A DNA stretch of 63,465 nt, the filler included, from Globobulimina sp. (taxonomy: Eukaryota), in assembly GCA_003354225.1 (NCBI GenBank). It is 19 parts of 19 records of this genome, joined end to end, with 100 filler letters (N's around TTAATTAATTAA, not from the genome) between each part and the next. Parts side by side here need not be neighbours in the genome. Positions count along the whole stretch, not along the records: positions 46,851 to 50,094 come from PIVH01003324.1; positions 50,195 to 53,438 come from PIVH01003325.1; positions 53,539 to 56,781 come from PIVH01003326.1; positions 56,882 to 60,123 come from PIVH01003327.1; positions 60,224 to 63,465 come from PIVH01003328.1; 14 more parts are not named here. The stretch is one strand, 5' to 3'. Made by a program: the position numbers and the translations under genes. Below, piece after piece: positions 48,691-61,666 of this stretch. The notes beneath the pieces were generated by a model. That model ran no database searches, had not been told where the DNA came from, and was given only the letters and a program-made list of their open reading frames with translations. Positions within the stretch are counted from its first letter, which is position 1, and every line of letters begins with the position of its first letter.

Positions 48691-49767
48691 TCATCGATGT
48701 TTACATTTTTTCATATGTTTCTTACATTGACTATTTTGTGCAAATTTCTTGTTACATTTTGAACATCGATATGGTTTCTCACCGGTATGGATCCTATAAT
48801 GTATTGTCATATTCCCTTTGCTCGTAAACTTATTGCCACAAATATCACATTTAAATTGTTTTTTATTTCTTTTACCATTTTTTCTTTGTTTCCTGCCACC
48901 GTTCACCTTACACTTTGCACTCGATTTAGATTTGGATTTACGTGCTTTAATTGCACATTTTGCGCAGATATCATATCCATCCGTATGCTTCGAGTCCTTT
49001 CTGCCGCAATGATATGTTATGTCTTTGATGGATTCTTCGCATTTATCACATTCTATTCCATTTGGATAACATTTTAAGAGTCCTGAAATCTCTGTTTTTA
49101 CTAATTTATGAGCACAAATACAATCTACATCGCCATCCACTTTCATTAATTTCATTTTGCTTGAAACTGATAATGACTTCTTAGCATTTTTGATGGTAAT
49201 TTTATCATTTTTTGCTGCATTTTTATCATTTTTATCATTTTTATCCACAATTTTATGATTTGTTATAGTTTGACTATGCATATGCGTGATTTCCGTCATT
49301 TCACTGATTTGTATGTCTTGATTCAACTGAATATCACTTAATATGATGTTATCATCATCGCCAACATTCCATCCATCACCATCTATGGCACCGAATTTCG
49401 AACATTTGTTCCGAGCCACAATAATTGGTTTATTATAATCAAATGGTTGTATTGCAGCTGCAGCTACGACTGGTATAGCAATATGATTATGATACGGATA
49501 TGGATATTGATTAAATTGTAAATAATTATCAGGATTATCATATAATGGAGATATTGATGTTGATGACAGCTCATTGAGATGAGAATAAATAATGATATTA
49601 TTTAACATTTCTAATTTCTCGTAAAATTGTTTTTGAATCTCGACTAATACTTTTGCTTTCATCTCCAATAAATCATCAATACGCTGTTTATATTTCTTCT
49701 CCAATTCTTTGACTGTTTTCTCGTGCTGCGATTTTATATGTTCTCTGAGCGAGGTTAATGTTGCCAT
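48691..49767 (-). CDS. C2H2 zinc-finger protein with coiled coil and ZZ-like Cys cluster
   Basis: FKCDICGNKF...HYRIHTGEKPYRCSKC...H; upstream CDKC...YHC...GYDICAKC. Confidence 0.85.
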   Translation of the reverse strand: MATLTSLREHIKSQHEKTVKELEKKYKQRIDDLLEMKAKVLVEIQKQFYEKLEMLNNIIIYSHLNELSSTSISPLYDNPDNYLQFNQYPYPYHNHIAIPVVAAAAIQPFDYNKPIIVARNKCSKFGAIDGDGWNVGDDDNIILSDIQLNQDIQISEMTEITHMHSQTITNHKIVDKNDKNDKNAAKNDKITIKNAKKSLSVSSKMKLMKVDGDVDCICAHKLVKTEISGLLKCYPNGIECDKCEESIKDITYHCGRKDSKHTDGYDICAKCAIKARKSKSKSSAKCKVNGGRKQRKNGKRNKKQFKCDICGNKFTSKGNMTIHYRIHTGEKPYRCSKCNKKFAQNSQCKKHMKKCKHR

Positions 49768-49874
49768 GGTCTGCAAATATGCTTTAGTCCGCTTACACCC
49801 CCATCATTAAAAAAACTTTGTTCCTGTATATGGTCATATATGTGCTGGTACATTAACAAATTATTTTGTTTAGG

Positions 49875-50069
49875 AAAAATTATTTGGTCTAAATACTTTC
49901 TTCAAATAGAACTCCACTATTTTCTTGTTGGATTTTCGTGAACGAAAGTCATATCAAAATGTACTTTATGTATGAAACTCCAGCAACAAAATACTGGAAG
50001 TACGTCCTTGAAAAACATATTTTTTTTCTATGAGGATCGATTAATATAATTTTAGACCAAATAATTTTT
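49875..50069. repeat. Perfect 19-bp inverted repeat pair bounding 195 bp (MITE candidate)
   Basis: AAAAATTATTTGGTCTAAA (49875-49893) and TTTAGACCAAATAATTTTT (50051-50069). Confidence 0.55.
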
Positions 50070-50194
50070 TTCAATATGAAATGCTGCGTCGAGTNNNNNN
50101 NNNNNNNNNNNNNNNNNNNNNNNNNNNNNNNNNNNNNNTTAATTAATTAANNNNNNNNNNNNNNNNNNNNNNNNNNNNNNNNNNNNNNNNNNNN

Positions 50195-53100
50195 TTATAA
50201 TTTATAAAATGCATTATTTTATATTGTTTTGCGAGTAAAAAGATCCGAAATAATGGATTTCTTCGATCATAAGTTCTCATATACAGCAATTTTGCTTTTT
50301 GTGTCTTTATATGTACGGATGATAACAAATGGTTATTCCAAATGGGCATCCAATGATTGTTAATTATATCAAATAAAATGTTGCGATCATGTAAATATAA
50401 CAAACCCACCCAATTTTTAATCAATTTAATGTCAATATAATTGTTATAATGGACAAAGGGAGTGAGTATAATTAAGATATCCAAAGGTATGGTATGCAAC
50501 GCATTAAAAAGCAGTCTAATAATGCGATAATACATTTGTTTTAAGGACTGACTATGTTTTTTATTGGATGAACACGCAAATAATAGCACCGGGTATTCAA
50601 TTTTGGATAGGATGACCGATGAAAGATAATGGAATAGTTTCTTTGTACGAAATTGTTGAGTGTAGAAACGGATGTTTTTAATATCTTTAACATCCAAATA
50701 TATGCGCTGAACTATGTGATTTATATGGGTCTGTGGTGACAAATTATACGTTAAGTAATATCCAACGTATTTAACATATGCGGCAGGTTCTGTTTTTTCA
50801 ATATTATTAATAGTTATTTTTGGTACAGGTACATAGTGGTTCCTTTTCATATGATTTGTATAAAAAATAATATATTTTGTTTTATTTTCAGATAACTGCA
50901 TTCCGTTCAAATACAACCAATGGATGATATTATTAATTGCATATTGCAAATTTGCTTCAATATTATATGTAAATATCGCTTTCAACACTGTCCAAATTAC
51001 CAGATCATCGACATATATGTATAGTTTTATGGGTAGATATTGGGGGATCGCATAATATAAAGGGTCTAAGTATAACATATTCAGGAAAGGGCTTAATGGC
51101 CGGCCTTGAGCCAAACCAATGAGCTGTAATAACCATTTTGAACGTATACCATTAACAATCACGGCGCACCAACAGTTAATAAATAAATCATATATAACTT
51201 GTACATATTTGAGGGAAAAGCCGTAATATCGATGTAGTCGTTGAATGAGAATGTCATAGCACACTGAGGGGAAATCCTGGGAAATGTCTGAGAAGATTGC
51301 ATATGTTGGGATGTGTTTGTTCCATCCCGTATGGATATCATTTATCATCAACGCCACAATATCGCGCGTTGACTTACCCTTCATATTGGTAGTATTATTT
51401 GGATGAATGGAATCACAAACTACCACAAACTCAATGCCTTTATGTAAGAGGCATAATTCATATATCTTTTTGATACATCCATTAAGGGAGATTTCTCGAT
51501 AATTATTGATACGGTGGGGGTCACGCTTTGGTTTAGGGATCGCTGTAATATATGTTATTTTATGTATGCGTGGAAAGTATCCGTTGAAATAGAACAAATT
51601 CAAGTATGTCACCATAAAATCAATGATAAAGGGATCAAGAAACAAAAGCAATTGTATATGTATACCAATTCCATGATTACATTTTTTATTTACAATTTTA
51701 AATATATATCGAACTAAATAGGCATTAATTGGGTTATCTAAATTGGTTTTTGCATTACGATAATGTAAATCGTGTTGGATTAAGCGTGGATTTTTCGATT
51801 GATTGGCATACAGAATGTCGGTTGAAATATTATTCATAATTGCTGTACATGGAATTGCTGTATAGATATCATCTTTTAATGGAATTGATTTGAATTTAAG
51901 CCGATCGATAGTTTTATAATTAATATCAGATATTTTTCGGTGGCAAAATTTATTTGCAAACATATTTGCTTTGATATGGTTATCATGGACAATGGAATCA
52001 ATATTATTTGGATTATCACTGTGTATAATATATGGTATACAGTGTTTTCGCGGACTACTTTTGCCAATTTTGCGTAGATAACGCATCGATTTGTATATAT
52101 TGCGATTGCCATAAGTCGATATTTTGGCGCAACTTCACTTTCTTTGCTTTTGTACATAAACGTTTCAATCTGTTTTTACATTGTTTATACAGGATAGATT
52201 TTGCGTTTTTAGTGTTATCGTTACATGACAACCAATCACGTTTTAGTATCTTCAATGTGTCACCAACTTTAATAATTTCGTCTGTACACCAAATTTGGCG
52301 ATATTTACATTTACGTTTCTGTATTGTACCAATGTACTTTGCGGCATTTTTATGGATTATGCAATAAAATTGATGTGCAATGTCATCGATATCGGTCTTT
52401 TGTGGTTGTTTTAAGTCATTTATGTGTTGTTGTAATTGTAATAACGCATTGATTGTGCGTATCTTATATAAATCCAAGTTTTTAGGTCGTTTAAGTCGAT
52501 AATTAATATTATTTGCGTGGAAAATATGATGATTTGAATATAGTTTTTTATTAACTGAGTTATTTTGTCGCATATCAAATATGGTAAAAATTATGCAATG
52601 ATCTGAAACGGAATAATTTGTATCATTATTCGCTAAGCAATTTATAATATAATTTTGATGATAAATTAATAGTTTATTTGATGCCAAATGTAGATCTAAT
52701 ATGTTACCTTTGCAATGGGTAGGAATTCGGTGGTTGTTTATGATAGAAATATGTCGTTGATCAAGCAAACGACTCAACCATTCAAATTCAAGTCGATCTG
52801 TAGCACTGTATGCTGTATAATCAATTTTAGAGAATATTTCATTGTGTATATTAAAATCACCACTAATTATATATGATTTAATACGTTGATTTGTTTGTGT
52901 TAAGGTGTGTTGAATCCATTTTTTCTGTTTCCAATGCTGCAAAATATAATCCATTACATATTTTAATATTTTTATATCAGAAACATCTATCTTTTTGCTC
53001 GGAGATCTATAATATGAGCAAAATAAAGCAGTTTGATTTAAGGCAGAGTTTGGTTGAGGATGTATAGCAATCCATGTTGAATAATGATCATTGGCTTTGT

Positions 53101-53407
53101 TTAACAGATTACAATCAATGAAGGTACCAATAAGTTGATGTTGTTGTTGCAAATCAATTTGAATGATATCGATGTACTCTTCATATCCATTTTTAACATA
53201 AATAACATTTTTTAGGCACGGATCAAACATTGGAATTCCATTTTTTGTATGAAAATAACCGTCAATATGTGGTGGAATTAAAGGTGAAGCATAACGCACC
53301 GAAACCTCCTGTAATGCAACAATAACAGGCTCTAATTCATCGATTATTGCTATTTTTGTTGTTATGCCGCGCAAATCGATCACTCTCAATTTTAAGGTCA
53401 GTATCAT
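50195..53407 (-). mobile_element. Non-LTR retrotransposon ORF2 (APE endonuclease + reverse transcriptase) split by a +1 frameshift; 3' truncated
   Basis: APE motifs LQE, YRSP, GDFNIH, LD and SDH in 52055-53407; RT motifs IPKPKRD...NYREISL, DISQDF, QGRPLSP, YVDD, KTKYI and YVKYVG in 50195-52086. Confidence 0.9.
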
Positions 53408-53538
53408 CGGTCACAGTCGTTTGTATTCGTGCCAATGGNNNNNNNNNNNNNNNNNNNNNNNNNNNNNNNNNNNNNNNNNNNNTTAATTAATTAANNNNNN
53501 NNNNNNNNNNNNNNNNNNNNNNNNNNNNNNNNNNNNNN

Positions 53539-54436
53539 CATGGCGAGACTGAACTCGTTGAATGGTTCGCCGTTTATGAACCTCCGAATGGGCAATAACT
53601 CGACGCCTGGCACTCCGGACCAAGTACAATCTACATCGAGCGACACCAACTCACAACACTCGCACTCGAAATACGTGAAAAGTGAGCCGATCAACGCCGA
53701 CAACAACACGCCGCAAAGAGTACAATTGCCGCAGTTTTTAGCTGCGACTACATTCCCTCCGCATCCTCATCCACATCCGCCGTCGCATCAATATCAGTTG
53801 AATTCGCATAACTTAGTGCCAGTGACTACGTTTCCAATGTATCCGCACCCGATTATGCATGAGAGGAAGCGTGGCGATTCCACGCCAAATATGAATATGA
53901 GTATAAATACAGACAGGGACAGTAAGCACCATATTATCATGAAGCAGTCGCCGAAAAACCACGATTCTCACATTGTGTCTGCGCCCGCTGCGAGAAATGG
54001 TATCTGTAGCACCATATCGACTGTATCGGATAATGAGAATACGGAGAACAATGATAATAAGACACCGCCGCCAAATATAAATAATAAAATAAGCGAATTA
54101 TCGCCTTCGGACAGCAGGGCGAGCCACGAGACGCGAAATAGCGTTGTGTTCACGCCCGCAAATAGCAAGAACTCATCCAATATATCAACGGATAGCAATA
54201 CGCCGGAACAAACACATCCGGACAAATCGCAAAGACCGCACAAACCACCCATACATTTACCAGGTTTGTTGTGTGTTATTTTAGGCACAATGATGTGTAT
54301 TGTTTTGTGTTCAGATAATACGTCGATAGACAATTATGTCAGTCAACTAAATTGGAACAATAGTAATAATAGCACACAATCGGAGGACTATAATAATTAT
54401 GACGTTATATCCTCTCATCACATTGGAATGGTATGA
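53539..54436 (+). CDS. Disordered S/N/P/H-rich protein fragment
   Basis: Open frame from the linker; the hydrophobic GLLCVILG stretch is probably an in-frame intron (GTTTG...TTCAG). Confidence 0.45.
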
Positions 54437-55230
54437 AATATCCGGAATTTTCCCGAATTTTGCCATTATTTTTTGTTTGCTTTTGTTTTGTTGCTACAGA
54501 TGACTGAAATTCAGGTGCATGGTTTTCAAGATGCTGCAAATGCAACAAATCCGGAGGACGGTAATGGAATGAAAGGGTCTGTGTTTTATGGATGAATGTC
54601 ATAGATTTTCTTTGTATGTTTTGATGCTTAAATCTAACTTTATGTATTTGTAATAAATTAATATTTGTTTTATGATTAACAACCATTAAGATTTCAGAAG
54701 CTTTTGTTTTCCATATATTGTAAAATAACGCTTTGTTCATTGAGATTTCGGATTGTTTTTGTTTGTTATTTTCGTTTTTTACATTTATTTGGGAAATGAT
54801 GATGTGAATAATGTGGTTGTTGCGTCTATAAAGAATTCTTATTTTTAATTTCTGTGTTTTTTAGATAATATCTAGTTAGAAAAACATTATTTGAATTTAA
54901 TTTCTTCACATTGACAAATCTGACTCATTTTTTTCTATTTTTTCTCTTTGTGAGTTGTTATGGGATTTCATTGTATTTTTGTAATTGTTGATGGCATTAA
55001 TAATTATATACATTGTTTGTAATCTTATTATAATGACATATAAGGGGTTCTTATATTGCAATTTCATTTGTATACATTTGGTTTAATCCACACATCGACA
55101 AAAAAAGTCCCAACAACAACATTTGCAGTCAGAGTTGAACAACACTTGGACAGCATGTCACATTAATAACGACTCCAAATACAAAATCCAACACAATTAT
55201 CATTATATTATATATATTCATTAATCGACA

Positions 55231-56444
55231 ATGGGACTAATAGACTCAGCAGGGGAGATAAACCAGGATATATTGGCTGGCACAATGCTTGTCGTTGGCT
55301 TATTTGTAACGTTTTTCGGTGCCCGTTTCTTCAAACACATAATATTCTTCGTAGGCTTTATTCTCGGCGGATTCCTCACATACTACTCGGTACCAATAAT
55401 ATTTTCATGGTTCGGCTCAACCGTCCAAGATGACACATTGCTATACATGTCATTAGCAGTCGGTGCACTATTCGGTGTCTTACTAGTTGTGGTATACAAA
55501 GCCGCTGTGTTCTCATGTGGCGCTATTTGCGGCGCCATATTGTCGCAAATATTATGGATTGCAATTGTGTCCAACGTGGATACGGAAGGCAAGGACTGGT
55601 TGGCCGGCGTGCAAATCGGTGTATTGATCGTCTTTGCATTGCTTGGAGGATATCTTGCTTTTAAATTTGTGGAACAGGTCTGCGGAGACTGCGACTTTGC
55701 GCATATATGTCACATAAATGCCAACATATTATCCTTGCACATAACCGCCACATTACATAGGTCTTAAAAGCGATCACGGCGTTTGTGGGCGGCTTCATGT
55801 TTGCCTCTGGCGTAGCTTTCTTTATGTCGCGTATTGACAATTCAGGTCAGCGAAATGTGATTGATTGGGTGGTATTCTTTGGCTCATATAAAAATTACGG
55901 CAATTTGGAGGAAGTCTGCGATGTATATTGCATTGTTTGTATATTGTTATGGTTGGTATTATTTGCATGCGGCTGTTTTGTGCAATATAAATTACATAAA
56001 AAGCATAAACGTAAAGAGCATGATGACGAAGAGAGTTATTCAGGCGATTCAGATTCGGAGCGTGTGCGTAAAAAAAGTGCAGATTCGAGCGAGGAAGACA
56101 GCGAATCGGAATCATCGCGAAAGAGCAAGAAAAGAAAGAAAGATAAGAACAGAATAGACACTGAAAGTTATCACAATGAGTATGATGAACCGGCGAGGTC
56201 TGAATATGGTGGATATGTACAATCGCAATACCGTGGATCTGTGCGACAAAACAATCAAATATTTGCACGTTCTGAAGGCGGCTTTGGTCCTGGTTCAAAC
56301 CGACAGGGCCAGGGACCACTGGTTGCTATGAGTGCGTACGGTGCAGATTATCATAATGGGAATCTACAGGCAAGTAATCCGCAATATGCACAGTCCGCAC
56401 AATACGAGAATTACGGACAGAGGAATGCTGTGCAATATGTATAG
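55231..56444 (+). CDS. TMEM198/TM7SF3-like (DUF4203) membrane protein, 2 exons
   Basis: FFGARFFKHIIFFVGFILGG signature; phase-0 intron 55678-55760 gives EQ|VLKAITAFVGGFMFASG; ends with GCFVQY and a charged tail. Confidence 0.8.
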
Positions 56445-56881
56445 ATCCTTTTTTTTTACTGTAATTGTGATGTTAGTTTAATTTTAAGATATTTTTATTG
56501 TCATTTGCATTTTTATTGTCATGATCACCATTAGTTTCCCTAATTATAAGTTTGTTAATTAATAGTTTTTTATATTCACTGAACAGAAATAATTAATACT
56601 AAAATGGTTATAAAGAGTCTTTTGAAAGATACGGTAATAACACATTAAGCCATTGACAACACATTTCAAATGTCACTTTTTTTTTCATCTTCATTTACAT
56701 TTTGCCAATTATTATTCGTGTTTCCTCACAGGCAGGATACATTTCAAGTATTTCTTGTTCTTTATCAAAATAATTTGAATTNNNNNNNNNNNNNNNNNNN
56801 NNNNNNNNNNNNNNNNNNNNNNNNNTTAATTAATTAANNNNNNNNNNNNNNNNNNNNNNNNNNNNNNNNNNNNNNNNNNNN

Positions 56882-57725
56882 TTGTATTATTGTTTATTTC
56901 ATTACATCTTCAGATTCGGCCTCTTATGTCATTGACCTAATCACATCTTATGTCGTTGATTCACCTAAAATACAACGGATATTTTGGGCATTGACAGAAG
57001 GAGCTGTTGCCACTGCATTATTAGCCATTGGTGGGGATAATTAAGGCATTAACTGCAAGTTTTAACTTTTTTTTTCATTAATATTCTACAACGTATCGTA
57101 TTTGACAGGAAATTAATTTCAAAATAAATAGGCTTTGCAAACTGTGAGTATTATCTCAGCACTGCCCTTCACATTTGTGTTAATTGCGATGGTTTATGGA
57201 TTGGTGAAGGCGCTAAATATGGACAAAGAATTAGCAGCGATAAATCGATTGGATATAAAGGTTATAGCACAGGATTCAAATGCCATCGATGATAATTATG
57301 ACAAGCTGATGATGGATAATTGCAAAAGTGATGAAATAAAAGAATGGAAAGTTGAATTTTTTGATGGCTTATTTGGCCGTTTATATATTGGAATAATGTC
57401 AGTATTTGCACCATGTATTTTGCAATTTAAATATGGTCAATATATTGGGATTTATGGTAATAGTTATTTTGTTTGGAGGATGTTTGTATTTGTTCCGCCA
57501 GTGCTGTTTGTCACGTTGCATATTTTGCAGTTATTTGTAGATGGCTGTGCATCTCTCGCATGGTGTATTTACATATTTTTTGTAGTGATTGGTGCTTATC
57601 ATCGCATCCAAATCAGAGAATATTATCATTTAAAAGGAAATGCATTGATTGACTTATTGTCTTATTGTTGCTGTTATTGTTTCGCTGTCTCACAAGAAAG
57701 TTACAGTGTCAACCGAATGTTTTGA
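56882..57725 (+). pseudogene. BCCT-family (betaine/choline/carnitine) transporter C-terminus + PLAC8-like Cys-rich tail, frameshifted
   Basis: YFITSSDSASYVID, QRIFWALTEGAVATALL, ALQTVSIISALPFT. An extra AATT at 57039-57042 breaks the frame; GC-AG intron 57055-57131; tail RIQIREYYHLKGN...CCCYCFAVSQE. Confidence 0.7.
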
Positions 57726-57959
57726 TATAAAGTAAATGATTGTTATTTTCACTGACTCCCTTTATTATCATATCCCGTGATGTAAATAAATTAAATATTA
57801 CTCTTGGGATCAACCTATTCATCCTCAGGAACCTGAAGTAAGTGCATGTGTAGATATTGTAAATGGTCAAAAAACCTCGCACTCAAGTTTTTTGCACTTA
57901 AAATTCTGTTTCATTTCAAAAAAAAGTAATTGTAGACAATGAGTGTCAAATGTCAATGA

Positions 57960-59336
57960 TTAATCGTCGTGTTGATAAACACCATTTGTAGAATCTCTAA
58001 ACAGTCCAAGTTTCTTAAATTTTGCTTCTTGATCTTGCATTTTATCGCGAATAACACTTCTCCTTTCAATTAAATCTGGCAATAGTTGGTATTGATACAA
58101 TTGTGGACATTTTTCTTGATTAAAATACCATGTATCCGTCATATAAAATTTCTCAATTTTATCAAATTGATCCGTAGTCCAACTCGCATGCACAATGACC
58201 GTATTTTGAGGTAACTTCCCACCCGAAATTCCTCGATCTAAATTTATTTGATATCCACAGATAAAATACTGCGTATCCAATGTTTCAAAATGAAGCTGTC
58301 GAAATACGTATTCATCCAACAACATATTCCACAAAACCTGATCGGATCGACCAACCATAATGAGGCCAATGAGATGGATCATTGTGTTCACAAATCTCTT
58401 TGTTTTGCAGTTTTCTTTTATGTATAAAAAACCAGAATTGCCCGGCCCTCGAAAATCAACACGGCCGTCCACTGACATTTGAATATCCAAATGGTTGAAG
58501 TGCGGCTGTTGCAAATATTTAAAAGCATTCCGCTTCCAAATAATATCACTGTCCTGCAACAACACATTATATCCCAAATCCAGCAAATCTGCGACAAATG
58601 CCACTTGGAAAGAAACTTAGTTTATTTTTTATTTTTAGTCAACAATTGGTTCACTTGCGTATCAAACATTATTTTTCTTTTGATTTGAAGCGAACCAATG
58701 GTGCAAAATAAATAAAAAATAACCAATCCAACGATGCGCGCCCAATGCAAATGATCTTGCCATTTTTGGATCAATTTTACTCAATAATTTGGCTCCTAAA
58801 AATGAGGGATAATATGTCAACACATCTGTGTCACTTTGAATATCTCTTTGTGTTTCAACATCTGTGGCAATCACCAATATTCGTTCCAAAACACCTGGAA
58901 TTGAGTTATATTGTAAACTGCACAGAAAATTATAAAACAAATATAAATATCCGCGATTAATAACCATTAATATTATTGGCTCGCCATCGGATGGTAAAAT
59001 ATGATGCGTTGATAACAATTCTTTTAAGTCTGCTCTCCGCGTTTTCATACTGGATTTGTATAAATCTTGCCATGCTTTGATTTCTTTATTTTCTTCTAAC
59101 ATTATTGTCGATGTTGGGGGGATGCAATCGGAACAGTTATCGACGGTGCATTGGCCTTTGACTTTAAATTGCTTCAAATTTTCACAAATATATGGCAGAT
59201 CTTTGTATTCTGGTATTCTTTTTGGATATTTATCAGGACATTCTTTAAAAACATTGTTAGAGCCTAAAATAATTACAAATAAACTGTTAAATGTAATGCA
59301 TATTAGTACTCCAATTAAAAACAGATTGGTTGCCAT
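57960..59336 (-). CDS. Nucleotide-diphospho-sugar transferase (GT77-like) type II membrane glycosyltransferase, 2 exons
   Basis: N-terminal TM; NFLCSL, LVIATD, LLDLGYNVLLQDSDIIWKRN (DxD), NSGFLY, DQVLWN, VHASW; intron about 58616-58723. Confidence 0.85.
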
Positions 59337-59399
59337 TATCAAAATGAGCTTTTAGTAACAAAATCAGCTTACTCTGAAAAACTGTAAATTGAGTGAAGA

Positions 59400-60123
59400 A
59401 TGGCGATGATGGAAACTGAGGGAGCTGGTGAAGCAGCAAAAAATACTGAGATCCGACAATGGATGGAGCAAAATGGAATCGCCCTCTCCTCTGCCACCTA
59501 CAATAAATTAAATCAAAATGGTTTTACAAAAATGTATGCATTCTATTCTAGTCATTATTAATATGGCAATAACTGTTTGCATGCCAATTATTTATAGCAC
59601 ACATTTACAGCAATTTTCATCAGCCGCAGAAATTATGAGCCTTGCTAAAGACGCTATGGGTATTTTATTAATTGATGCATTAAAATTAAAAAACGCATTT
59701 GCTAAATTCCATATTGCTGACTCAAACAAAAAACATTATGTCAATATTGAAGAAACCAACAATATGAAATCAATGGAATTACAAGTAAGCAAATTAGAAA
59801 ACGTAATCAATAATTTAATGACAAAAGAAACAAACATTGAAAAAGAAAAAGAAAACACCGAACAACAAATTATTGAAACATTTAATCAACTAACCACCAG
59901 TTTAAATCAACGTAAATCTCTTTTATTAAATGAGTTAAATGATATTTTTAATAAAAAAAATGAATTATTAAAATCCAAAATGATAAAATTAAAAAATTCA
60001 ATGCATAATGTCACACAAATAAAATATGAAAGTGACACATTATTACAAATTCCAATCACGATCGATGGAGTTCAAAAGAGGACATTGAAAATTGCTGAAA
60101 ATGAAAAAAATATAACGCAAATT
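59400..60123 (+). CDS. SAM-like + coiled-coil (TRIM/BBC-like) protein, 2+ exons, 3' partial
   Basis: EIRQWMEQNGI SAM-like start, an intron near 59534-59597, then IIETFNQLTTSLNQRKSLLLNEL coiled coil; same layout as the 28335 gene. Confidence 0.6.
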
Positions 60124-60223
60124 NNNNNNNNNNNNNNNNNNNNNNNNNNNNNNNNNNNNNNNNNNNNTTAATTAATTAANNNNNNNNNNNNNNNNNNNNN
60201 NNNNNNNNNNNNNNNNNNNNNNN

Positions 60224-61666
60224 ATATCTTTCCACTCGCTATCACCTCTTAATTTTCCAAATAACATAAAACGTTTTGGTGATTTATTCTTATCCCTTCC
60301 ATTTATTTCCTGTTTATCAATGTGAATATATTCAAATTGAGTGGCAATAAGTTTCTCAATTAAACTAATTTCAATCCATCGATTATTAACACTCGAATTA
60401 AATTGTAAACAATCATTTGGTTGCAATGTATTCGGCGTTGCAGTTGAAGAAATATCAATGTTTGCCGTATATCGCAATTTGCTTTCATGTCCACCATATT
60501 TACTTTCGTTGTGATAGATTTCTAAGCCTCTCTTCATTGCTGTAAATATATTAAAATTAATATTAACTTTATCCTTATCCTCATTCGCTAACTCATTGAA
60601 TGAATATGGAATAATATGTGGCATATTTACAACTCCAGAGATCCAATTTGTACGTTGTTGATATGTAAAATAATCCATTACGGATTGATTCACTTTATTT
60701 TTAACCGCGGCTTGAATGGACACAATTCGCTCTGTCAGATTGGTATTATTTGCTTTATTCTCAGCAATGTCTAAACTGTTTTGATCGATTAATTGTACCA
60801 TAGTTAGGTTTAGTTTTTTTATTTTCTTGTCATAATTTAATTGCTGCGTTTCAAATAATTGAAGCACGTCCTCCACGGAGATATAGTTTAAATCATTCAT
60901 TTTCAGATTATCGTCGCGAATCATATTGTATTGGTTCAATTGGATGGCAATAAATATAGCAATGATAATAAGTATGCTCGTGGTCGAATTGATGCCCATT
61001 CTATGAAACGCCACACACAAATCAGAGATTATCATATTTATTTGTTCATACATATTATATTTATATTCATATTCAGATCCATCGCCTTCCATATCCATGT
61101 CATATGGATTGATTTCAGTAATATTGTTATTATTTATTTCTTTGACGGGTTGAATTGTTTGTATTTGTATTTGTTTTTGTTTTTGGGTTTGTGGTGATTG
61201 TGAATGTAAAAGAGATGGACTTGGACGACCATCAAATGCTGATTTTAATGGTGATTGACTGACAAATGTTGTATGCGTAAAATATTTTGGTTCATTTGAT
61301 GGTGGAACTACATAATTATTATATGCATACCGCGCTGGATACCCTTCTCTGCTCTCAATATCTATGCATATGTATTATATATATATAATATTATATATAC
61401 TGTGCAAGGATTACTTAAGCAAAGAGAAGCAAACCGAAATCAGAAGCATTAGGAGGACCATTCACATCTTGCAACAGATCCGGATGGATTGACCAAAATG
61501 GACATCGTCGAACATATAAAGGAGTTTGAGCTATGTGGAATGGGGGTGGACTTGGTGTGGAACTCCATGTAGTTGTCGATGACTGAGTGGCTGCCAATAC
61601 TCCAAAATTGTTCATTTCATCCATTGCATTATAGGATGGATTATTTTTATTATTTTTATTGTCCAT
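60224..61666 (-). CDS. SUN-domain nuclear envelope protein, 2 exons, 3' partial
   Basis: S/P-rich N-terminus; an intron near 61362-61434 links in frame; TM ILIIIAIFIAI; coiled coil; SUN motifs QPNDCLQF, IEISL..LIATQFEYIHI and SPKRFMLFG. Confidence 0.75.

Noticed and set aside
57036-57050. TAA stop-codon reassignment in the BCCT gene
   Set aside because: Homology continues in a shifted frame, and conserved genes (DDX23, SKP1) end at TAA, so the code is standard.
3249-60223. Regularly spaced TTAATTAATTAA motif as a biological repeat or array
   Set aside because: Always embedded in N runs with identical geometry; it is an artificial six-frame-stop linker. ORFs ending in X runs are truncated by it.
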